Shown piece after piece: positions 1 through 8,080 of a stretch of 47,647 nucleotides of DNA. Under the pieces are notes generated by a model. It had not been told where the DNA came from. It saw nothing but the letters and a program-made list of their open reading frames with translations, and ran no database searches. The DNA is from Bacilli bacterium (GTDB lineage: Bacteria; Bacillota_I; Bacilli_A; RFN20; CAG-826): the NCBI GenBank assembly GCA_045601085.1, contig JAZRZD010000019.1, positions 1 to 47,647 on the forward strand, in the 5' to 3' direction. The translations under genes were made by a program, and so were the position numbers. Position 1 is the stretch's first letter; the number at the start of each line of letters is the position of its first letter.

Positions 1-47
1 AATTTCGCATTAAAGCGAAATCATACAAAATTTTTCCGATTAAGATT

Positions 48-1397
48 TTATTTATTTAATGAACGTAATTCGTCTTCAAGAGTCTTATTATCTTTCGTAG
101 ATTTATGAGGAATTTTCTTCCATTTAACATGCATAAATAACGATAAGAAAGCGCATGGTATAGCCATTATATCAAACCATGGGAAAATAATAATATAAAA
201 TATTACTTTATATACAGGAGCGTTAATACTCTTCCATTCTCTAATGGTGATTAAAATCGCTAAGAACCAGCTACCAACACAGATACCACCAACAGTAAAT
301 CCTATGTAACTTAAAAATGACATAACAGCAACTTGAGGATCTCCACCCAATAGAACATCAATAACTAACCAAACTTGGTAGACAAGAGTCAAAATAATGT
401 TCACTAAAGCATATGGTAAAATTTCACAAATATTATCATATTTTGTCATAGAAGGTCTTTTTATAAAAGACCACACTAACTTAAACCAGTTTTGACAAAA
501 ATTAATTAATGAACCTTTTGCGCACCTAATTCTTTGTCTACAGGAAATAAAGAAATTAGTAGGGTGTTCAATATATACTTTGGCATCTTCACAGAAACCA
601 AATTTATATCCTTTTGTAACCATTTTTGTAACATATTCAGCGTCTTCAGTTAGAGTATGGGAATCCCATCCTTCTTTTAAAATTAATTCTTTGCTCACTA
701 ACCAACCAGTTCCACATCCGCCATCACCAACATGTAATACAGCTTTAGGTCTATGACATGACATAACCATTCTGTAATAGTTATATCCGTATGCTGAGGT
801 AACAACATTATCATTGAAGTTTACTGTATCTGGATAACCAACAACAGCTTCGAATTTACCTGTTGAATAAGCATCATTCATTTTAGAAAAGAAGTCTTTT
901 GAGATAATACAGTCAGCGTCTAAAACAATGAAAGCATCATAATTATGAATTGAACCATCTTCAATAATCTTTTTGAAAAAATATTCCATTCCCCAACCCT
1001 TTCTTGCTTTATCTGGTTCATTTCTTTCTACTACTATACAACCCTTACTTCTAGCAACGTCTGCAGTATGGTCAGAGCAGTTATCAGCGACAACAAAAAT
1101 ATCAATTAATTCTTGTGGATAATCTTGATATCTAACTGAATTAATGCCGGTTTCAATAACGTTTTCTTCATTTCTTGCACATATTAAAGCAGCAATTTTA
1201 TGTTTCTTTTCACTAACGGGAAAGGTAACTTTTTTATGGAAAAATCCGATAATAGTAAAAACAAATCTATAGGCAAATAGCACTACAAATACGAGACTTA
1301 AAATTGATATAACAAAATGATATGTGCCCAATGGAGAACCAATCTCATTTATGTGCAAAAAATCGTTTAAAAACCATTTAACAATAAAATCCCACAT
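48..1397 (-). CDS. GT2 family glycosyltransferase, membrane-embedded (cellulose synthase-like)
   Basis: ARNEE, ADNCSD, DAD and TED motifs; Q-x-x-R-(C) in place of QxxRW; N- and C-terminal TM helices. Confidence 0.88.
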   Translation of the reverse strand: MWDFIVKWFLNDFLHINEIGSPLGTYHFVISILSLVFVVLFAYRFVFTIIGFFHKKVTFPVSEKKHKIAALICARNEENVIETGINSVRYQDYPQELIDIFVVADNCSDHTADVARSKGCIVVERNEPDKARKGWGMEYFFKKIIEDGSIHNYDAFIVLDADCIISKDFFSKMNDAYSTGKFEAVVGYPDTVNFNDNVVTSAYGYNYYRMVMSCHRPKAVLHVGDGGCGTGWLVSKELILKEGWDSHTLTEDAEYVTKMVTKGYKFGFCEDAKVYIEHPTNFFISCRQRIRCAKGSLINFCQNWFKLVWSFIKRPSMTKYDNICEILPYALVNIILTLVYQVWLVIDVLLGGDPQVAVMSFLSYIGFTVGGICVGSWFLAILITIREWKSINAPVYKVIFYIIIFPWFDIMAIPCAFLSLFMHVKWKKIPHKSTKDNKTLEDELRSLNK

Positions 1398-1414
1398 AAC
1401 TATTTAATTTTACC

Positions 1415-2554
1415 TTATTTAAGTAAGTCTTTCCATATAGGAATAATGTTCGTATATGAAAGATCTTCACTTCTTTTTAATGATGATTTCTTTAATTCAA
1501 TTAATGTGTCTTTGTTAGATAATATCTCATATATTTTATTCGCAAAATCAGCTGGTTCATTACTTGTTAAATAATAACCATCTTTACCATTTTCAAACAT
1601 CTCGATTGTAGAATCTCCAAAATAAGTTGATATACATGGAACAGATAAAGCATTAGCCTCGCCTTTAACAAGGACAAAACCCTCATATCTAGAAGTTAAT
1701 AATAAAAGATCGCTCCCTCGTAATACTTCTTTTACCTTGGAAGTCATTGGATAAATAGTTACAACATTTTCTAAATTATGCTCTTTGATATATTTTTCCA
1801 TTGGCTCTTTAAGTGGTCCATCTCCATACATATCAAAAGAGAAATTTAAGTTAGTTTCTTTTAATTTATTAATAATTTCTAATGCAAAAAGTGGATTTTT
1901 TTGCTCTGAGAACCTTCCTAAGAACACAATCTTGTTATTATGAACATCGAAGTGTTCCTCTCCTTCAAACCTAATTGGATTATAAATATAGGAAACTTTA
2001 GACTTTAATTTTTGTTTTCTTAAAACTTCATCCATTGTGCTTTTGGTTAAGAACACAATTTGATCTGGTTTTCTAGACATCTTTAAAAGCATTTTATTAC
2101 CAAAAGTAAAATAGTTACGGGAATTAAAATGGAAATGGAATATGGAATACACTCCTTTAGGGGCGAACATGTAAGAATCGCCACTACTGGAGATAAGTTT
2201 TCCAGGATGCTCATTAATAAGCTTTTTAATGATTTTTCTATATTTATGTTTCTTAAAGAAAAAGTAATGTGCTGCCTTAAAGAATAATCCGATATTTTTA
2301 TATCCCTTTTTCTCTTTTTTATTTTTTAATGCATAGGCATCAAGTCTAGTAACATCTTGTGGAATATTTAAATAAAATAACTTAATACTTTTATCTAAAT
2401 TATAGACAACTTCATTTTCAACTTTAGCGGTAACAATACACACAATATGGAACGAATCCGCTAAATGGTTCATTAAATCAGTGGATACCATTTCTGTTCC
2501 GCCAATTTGATCTAGATGTTGTATATGCCAATATAAGTAAGGTTTATTGTCCAT
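1415..2554 (-). CDS. GT4 (GT-B) glycosyltransferase
   Basis: GGTE N-terminal motif, GRFSEQKN, SRYEGF(x6)E. Start moved to MDNKPY (2554) because the ORF-track start overlaps the upstream gene. Confidence 0.85.
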   Translation of the reverse strand: MDNKPYLYWHIQHLDQIGGTEMVSTDLMNHLADSFHIVCIVTAKVENEVVYNLDKSIKLFYLNIPQDVTRLDAYALKNKKEKKGYKNIGLFFKAAHYFFFKKHKYRKIIKKLINEHPGKLISSSGDSYMFAPKGVYSIFHFHFNSRNYFTFGNKMLLKMSRKPDQIVFLTKSTMDEVLRKQKLKSKVSYIYNPIRFEGEEHFDVHNNKIVFLGRFSEQKNPLFALEIINKLKETNLNFSFDMYGDGPLKEPMEKYIKEHNLENVVTIYPMTSKVKEVLRGSDLLLLTSRYEGFVLVKGEANALSVPCISTYFGDSTIEMFENGKDGYYLTSNEPADFANKIYEILSNKDTLIELKKSSLKRSEDLSYTNIIPIWKDLLK

Positions 2555-2582
2555 AAAATAATAGTTATAAATAACTTTTATA

Positions 2583-3881
2583 TTATACCAAATATAGCAT
2601 TCCAAGCGCTACAAATAGTAAAGGGATAGAAATAATCGCACCATACTTAATAAAGTCTAAAAAATTATATTTAATGTGTTGTTTTTTAACTAATCCAGTA
2701 AACATAATACCTGCTAATGCGCCTATAGGAGTTAAGAATGCTCCTAAGTTACTCCCTACCACTGTGCCATATATCATTCCTAAATTAGAACCACCACTAG
2801 AGGCAATAATTGAAGAATATAAAATTGACATTGGGATATTATTAATAATATTTGCAGATACAAACGAACTAATTCCATACACTAAAATGCTATGCTCAGT
2901 GCCAAAGAAGTTAGAAAGTTCTATAGTTATACCCTGTTTAGTAAGAGCGATAACAATTACAAACATAGAAAGAACAAATGGAACTAATGCATAAGGAAGA
3001 TGCTTAAAAGGCATAATTAAAAAGTGCATCTTATCTTTTCTAATAATTGATGTAATAATTCCATAAACAGTCAAAAACCCTGCACAAATCAAGGATATTA
3101 ACCACATATGAAGTTCGCTAACATAAGAAGAGACTACTAATAAAATAAGGCAAACTAGTAATGTGGCAATACCAACAGACATATCTAATTTGTTGATATG
3201 AATAGTCTCATCATTTTCACATGTGAATTTCTCTTTTAGTTTTTTATAAAAGAGCAATAAAAGAAGCAATATCTCAACCCCGCCCGTAACTAATGTTGCA
3301 GGGGCCATCACCATAAAATAATCAAAGAATGATATACCCGCACTTAAACCAAGATATATATTTGTAGGATTACCGATAATAAACATCATGCTCCAAGTAT
3401 TAGCAGCGGCAAATTCCATTACCAAATATGGAATAGGATTAATATTTGTCCTTTTAGCGAAATAACAAATAAATGGGGTGAAAGTCAAAATCACTACATC
3501 ATTAGATGTAAACATGGTCAATAGAGACACAAAAACAAAGATGATGATAAATAATCTAAGTTGGCTTCCTTTGGCCTTAGAAGCGGCTTTTGCGGCCAAA
3601 TATGAAAAGAATCCTACACTATCAAGGAATGTTGAGATAAATGTCATAGATAAGAAAAGCACAAGTACTTTTATAGGGTTAATTTCTGTATCAGCAGTTA
3701 GTCCTGCCCAAACATCTTCAAAACTTACTTGTTGAGCAATTAATAAAGCCAGTGCCCCCGCTAACGCAATAACCCAATATAAGGAGAAACTTAACTTCTT
3801 AAATTTGATATTTGGCAAGAATATGATTGAGCCAATAATTAACACGAATGTGACAATAGAAATGATAAGTGTTGTAATCAT
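2583..3881 (-). CDS. ArsB/NhaD (ion transporter superfamily) permease
   Basis: About 12 hydrophobic segments; SND...P, IGNPTN, INNIP and GSNLG...TPIGALA motifs. Confidence 0.85.
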   Translation of the reverse strand: MITTLIISIVTFVLIIGSIIFLPNIKFKKLSFSLYWVIALAGALALLIAQQVSFEDVWAGLTADTEINPIKVLVLFLSMTFISTFLDSVGFFSYLAAKAASKAKGSQLRLFIIIFVFVSLLTMFTSNDVVILTFTPFICYFAKRTNINPIPYLVMEFAAANTWSMMFIIGNPTNIYLGLSAGISFFDYFMVMAPATLVTGGVEILLLLLLFYKKLKEKFTCENDETIHINKLDMSVGIATLLVCLILLVVSSYVSELHMWLISLICAGFLTVYGIITSIIRKDKMHFLIMPFKHLPYALVPFVLSMFVIVIALTKQGITIELSNFFGTEHSILVYGISSFVSANIINNIPMSILYSSIIASSGGSNLGMIYGTVVGSNLGAFLTPIGALAGIMFTGLVKKQHIKYNFLDFIKYGAIISIPLLFVALGMLYLV

Positions 3882-3920
3882 AACGAATTAGATAATACCA
3901 CTATCAAAAATCTAAGCAAT

Positions 3921-3965
3921 AAAAATAGACTTTATTTTTCAGCTTTTTACTCAATAAAGTCTATT
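3921..3965 (-). terminator. Intrinsic terminator after GH3 gene
   Basis: Inverted repeat AATAGACTTTATT...AATAAAGTCTATT followed by a T-run on the minus strand; AT-rich stem with a long loop. Confidence 0.55.
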
Positions 3966-3987
3966 ATTTACTAATTATTTGAAGAAA

Positions 3988-6444
3988 TTACTTTTTCTTT
4001 TTCTTATCTTTCTTTTCTTCTTCTAAGAAAGCGAGTTCTTGATTTCTCTTCTTCTTACGTTTACCACCGCCAAGGAATTGGAATAAACCTTTGAAGAAGT
4101 GACCATCAAACATTTTGATCATACCATCGAGTTGATAATCACTGATAGCTCCACCAGTCATTCTTGAGAAGCTTCTTAATGGTTGATAGTAAACACCCAT
4201 GATAATGCTATTTGCAGTGGCTTTTGGTGAGCACTTAATAGCAACACGAAGTGCCCAAGCAAAGAATCTACCACTCCAACCACGTGCATATCTTAATGCG
4301 TTAACAGTGGTTAATCTATTTGGGTGTAAACGTTTCTTACGGTAGAATACTGGATCATTGTCGCTATATTCTTCACCAAATAACTTAACAAATTCTTCTT
4401 TAGTTAAATTATTGACATCGCCAGAATAGTATTTTGCAATATCTTTACCTTCATAAGGATTTGCACTAACTGTGCCTTTAACTTTGATATCGCCTGTGAG
4501 TCTAATATCAGCACTTGAAGCACCAACATAGATTTCATAAGCGCCATCTTCAACTTCCCATTTATTTGTTGCAACATCGAAATATCTAAATGTGTAATCA
4601 TCAAATGGAATTTCCACTTTTATGTCTTTTCCAGCTTCAATTTCAACTTTTGCGAATCCTTTGAGTTCCTTAATTGGTCTAAAGATTTTGCTATCTTTCT
4701 TACCAACATAAAGTTGAACAATTTCTTTACCTTTTACATTGCCAGTATTTTTAACTGTTAATGAAACGCCTTTGTCGGTAACTTTTAAATCACTATATTC
4801 AAATGTTGTATAGCTTAAGCCATATCCAAATGGATATAAGACTTCTTTATTAACTTTTTCATAATATCTATAGCCAACATAAATAGATTCTTTATATTCA
4901 GCGACATATTCTTTCTTATGGAAATAGTTAATAGATGGAGAATCTTCTAATGTTAATGGATAAGATTCTGAAAGTTTACCACTTGGATTAACTTTACCAG
5001 TAATAACATTAAGAACTGCGCCAGAAGAGGCTTCACCACCAAGGAAACCATGAACAACTGCGTTAGCGGATTTAACAAATCTTAAATCAGTAACACTACC
5101 TGCAGAAACAATAACAACAATCTTTTTACCTAAAGACGAGAGTTTCTTGAATAATTCCACTTGGTTATTTGGAATATTGATATCTTCTCTATCTAAGCCT
5201 TCAGCTTCTGTAACATCATCTAAACCAATATAGTAGAGAATTACATCAGCATTAGCGGCTAATTTGATAGCTTCTTTTTCTAACTTCTTATCAATTTTAT
5301 TTTTGAAATTATATCCAGCAGCATATCCAACTACATCTAACGAAGTATTTTTAATTTCTTCTAATGCTAAATCGATGTGGTGTGGATTGACCTTACTAGA
5401 GCCAGCGCCTTGATATCTTGGAATTTCAACGAATTTACCAATTAATGCGACTTTTGTAGCATCTTTTAATGGTAATACGCCATCATTTTCTAATAAGACA
5501 ATTGATTCTTCAGCAACTTGACGAGCAATATCATGATGTTTTGCTGGATCAATAGGTCCGTCTTTTTCTTTTAATGCTTTACTTGTACGGAATGTAACAT
5601 CAAGTAAAGAATCTAATCTTTCATCAATTTCTTTAATATCTAATTTGCCTTCATTAACTGCTGTGTAGAGTTCATATGTTGTATCTCCACCACCAGTAGG
5701 CATTTCAAGTTCATTAGTGCAGAGTAAACCTTTAATACGATCATTTTCTCCACCCCAGTCAGTAACAATAATTCCTTTATAACCCCATTCATTACGAAGG
5801 ATATCTTTTGCTAAGTGTTCACTTTCGTTAGTGTAAAAACCATTAACCAAGTTATAAGAGGACATTAATGCATGAGGTTGTCCTTCCTTAACTGCAATTT
5901 CAAAGTTTGTTAAATAGATTTCTCTAAGAGCTCTTTCATCAATTTTGGAATCAACAGTGCAACGGCATAATTCTTGGCTATTTGCAGCGAAGTGTTTAAC
6001 ACAAGCGCTAATACCTGTAGATTCAATACCTTTAATTAAGTTAGCGGCTAATTTACCTGCTAAATATGGATCTTCTGAGAAATATTCAAAGTTTCTACCA
6101 CATAAAACGTTTCTTTTAATATTGATGCCAGGGCCTAATAAAATATTTACATCTTGGTCTCTAGCTTCTTTTGATAAGGTTTCACCCATGGTTTTTAATA
6201 AGTCTAAGTTCCATGTGTTAGCACTACCACTAGCGGTAGGGAAACATGTTGCTTTAACAGATTCATTTAAACCTAAGTGATCGCTTGCGCAAGCTTGTTT
6301 TCTTAAACCATGAGGGCCATCAGAGAGAAACATGCTTGGAATACCAAGTCGATCAATGTTTTGTGTTTCCCAGAATGTTTTTCCGGTTAACAAAGCAACT
6401 TTCTCTTTTAAAGTAAGTTGGTCAATAATGTCCTTATATTTCAT
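3988..6444 (-). CDS. GH3 beta-glucosidase with Fn3-like domain
   Basis: SDGPHG, GRNFEYFSEDP, KHFAAN, IVTDW nucleophile motif, EGLDR, YPFGYGLSYT, EIVQLY; no signal peptide. Confidence 0.93.
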   Translation of the reverse strand: MKYKDIIDQLTLKEKVALLTGKTFWETQNIDRLGIPSMFLSDGPHGLRKQACASDHLGLNESVKATCFPTASGSANTWNLDLLKTMGETLSKEARDQDVNILLGPGINIKRNVLCGRNFEYFSEDPYLAGKLAANLIKGIESTGISACVKHFAANSQELCRCTVDSKIDERALREIYLTNFEIAVKEGQPHALMSSYNLVNGFYTNESEHLAKDILRNEWGYKGIIVTDWGGENDRIKGLLCTNELEMPTGGGDTTYELYTAVNEGKLDIKEIDERLDSLLDVTFRTSKALKEKDGPIDPAKHHDIARQVAEESIVLLENDGVLPLKDATKVALIGKFVEIPRYQGAGSSKVNPHHIDLALEEIKNTSLDVVGYAAGYNFKNKIDKKLEKEAIKLAANADVILYYIGLDDVTEAEGLDREDINIPNNQVELFKKLSSLGKKIVVIVSAGSVTDLRFVKSANAVVHGFLGGEASSGAVLNVITGKVNPSGKLSESYPLTLEDSPSINYFHKKEYVAEYKESIYVGYRYYEKVNKEVLYPFGYGLSYTTFEYSDLKVTDKGVSLTVKNTGNVKGKEIVQLYVGKKDSKIFRPIKELKGFAKVEIEAGKDIKVEIPFDDYTFRYFDVATNKWEVEDGAYEIYVGASSADIRLTGDIKVKGTVSANPYEGKDIAKYYSGDVNNLTKEEFVKLFGEEYSDNDPVFYRKKRLHPNRLTTVNALRYARGWSGRFFAWALRVAIKCSPKATANSIIMGVYYQPLRSFSRMTGGAISDYQLDGMIKMFDGHFFKGLFQFLGGGKRKKKRNQELAFLEEEKKDKKKKK

Positions 6445-6523
6445 ATAAAAATCCTCTTAAAATAATTTTATCATTATTTGAGATATTTTTTGAATAAAAA
6501 AATATACTTTGCAAAAGAGCAAG

Positions 6524-6550
6524 AAAAAAGGTAGCCCGAAGACTACCCTT
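6524..6550 (-). terminator. Intrinsic terminator after lipoprotein A1
   Basis: Minus strand AAGGGTAGTC-TTCG-GGCTACC-TTTTTT (cUUCGg tetraloop, U-tract). Confidence 0.85.
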
Positions 6551-6571
6551 ATTTTTAGTTAATTAAACTAA

Positions 6572-7888
6572 TTAAGCAATTGCTTTAACTTCGAAGTGTT
6601 TAACAGAACCACTTCTAATTAAATCTGTATTAGTAGAATTACCTTCTTGGACTGCGCCATCAAAGTAATATTCTAATCCATCAGCAACTTTAATTGTTCT
6701 GGTTTTGCTTGTATTACTTGAAGCAATAGATAAGACAGAACCAGTAACATCTAATAAGCCATTAACTGTAATATCAGTGTAACATGCACAGATACCATTA
6801 TCGAATCCGTCGATTGTTAATGAAGCACCTTCATTAATTTTGAGGATACTTTCGTTAAGACCGAATTTTGAGCTACCATCACCTGGACATGTAATGATAA
6901 CATCAGTATCAATAACACCGGTTAACATAGATCCAACTGTTGAAGAACCCCAGAATGAAAGACCATCACAGTTAGAATTTTCTGGAGCACTAATTGTTAA
7001 TGGGCCACCAGTAATAACGACTGTTCCTTTAGCATTTGCTGGGAATGTTAAAGTCATATCTTCAAATGTGAAACCAGTATCTGCAACTGTTAATGTTGTA
7101 GTCTTTGATGATGCATCATAGCTAAGTTCAACACCATCAAATGTGCTATTGAAGTTGTATGGTGTGTAGTGTGTTGCAACACCAGAAGCATCAGTAACTG
7201 TGACATAACCACCATTAACATAGTCTTTAGTAATGATATATTGATCTTTACCAATTGATGCTGGATCTTTTAATGTCCATTTTTCATGTAATGATCTAGA
7301 ATTTGTACCATCTCTAGTAACTTTTCTTGTGTAATCTGTTTCATTTAAAGCAGGAATTTCAAGTGCTTCTGCTTCATAACCACAGACTGGGCAGTAACCG
7401 CTAGCTGTATGACCAGCGACTCCGTAATCTGGTGCAACTTCTGGGTCACCATCATCGAAAAGGTGATCATTTAAATCAGCACCGAAGTTTTTGTCTTCAT
7501 AGCCTTCATCTAAACATGCGTGCCAGTGTTGTTCTGAGTCATTGGACCAATCATCAGCGTATGCGTGTTCTAATTTTGGAATGTCTCTAGTTTCATCAAC
7601 AAAACCACAAACTGTACATTTATGGCTTTCTAAACCTTTGGATTCGAAGCTTGCTTCTCTAGTAACAACCCATTCAAATGTGTGGTTGGCTTTGTCAGAA
7701 ACTTCTACACAGCTTGTATCAGTACAACTGTGCCAGTGATCTGTTGCGTCTGAACTCCAAACACTTGCCCATGTATGTTCGTGTGGAGTTGGACTTGGAC
7801 CAGGACCTGGACCTGGTTCATCACTTCCACCACATGCTGCTAATAAAGCAAAAAGTGGAAGTAAAACAAGTAACTTTGTTTTTTTCAT
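6572..7888 (-). CDS. Family A lipoprotein A1 (His/Cys repeats plus putative beta-helix C-terminal domain)
   Basis: Lipobox LLAAC, PG linker, two HWHxC...CxxCG units; paralog of 11010-12329 and 20188-21522; Shine-Dalgarno (SD) site AGAGG. Confidence 0.8.
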   Translation of the reverse strand: MKKTKLLVLLPLFALLAACGGSDEPGPGPGPSPTPHEHTWASVWSSDATDHWHSCTDTSCVEVSDKANHTFEWVVTREASFESKGLESHKCTVCGFVDETRDIPKLEHAYADDWSNDSEQHWHACLDEGYEDKNFGADLNDHLFDDGDPEVAPDYGVAGHTASGYCPVCGYEAEALEIPALNETDYTRKVTRDGTNSRSLHEKWTLKDPASIGKDQYIITKDYVNGGYVTVTDASGVATHYTPYNFNSTFDGVELSYDASSKTTTLTVADTGFTFEDMTLTFPANAKGTVVITGGPLTISAPENSNCDGLSFWGSSTVGSMLTGVIDTDVIITCPGDGSSKFGLNESILKINEGASLTIDGFDNGICACYTDITVNGLLDVTGSVLSIASSNTSKTRTIKVADGLEYYFDGAVQEGNSTNTDLIRSGSVKHFEVKAIA

Positions 7889-8036
7889 ATATATACCTCT
7901 TTGCTTTTAATATATTCAGTTATAAATAAAATTACAAGTAAAATGTGCTTAATAATACAATTATTACCGAGAATATTATTCTTTATATCGTGCACATATA
8001 TGCGCCTATTTTATTTATTAAATAAGGATAAATAAT

Positions 8037-8068
8037 AAAAAAAGGCTGATGTAATCTCATCAACCTTT
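8037..8068 (-). terminator. Intrinsic terminator after lipoprotein B1
   Basis: Minus strand AAAGGTTGATG-AGATTA-CATCAGCCTTT followed by T-run. Confidence 0.8.
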
Positions 8069-8080
8069 ATTTGTAATTAC

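Noticed and set aside
7990-8006. GCACATATATGCGC near-palindrome sharing GCACATATA with the phosphatase promoter region
   Set aside because: Only two short occurrences at inconsistent positions; not distinguishable from chance.
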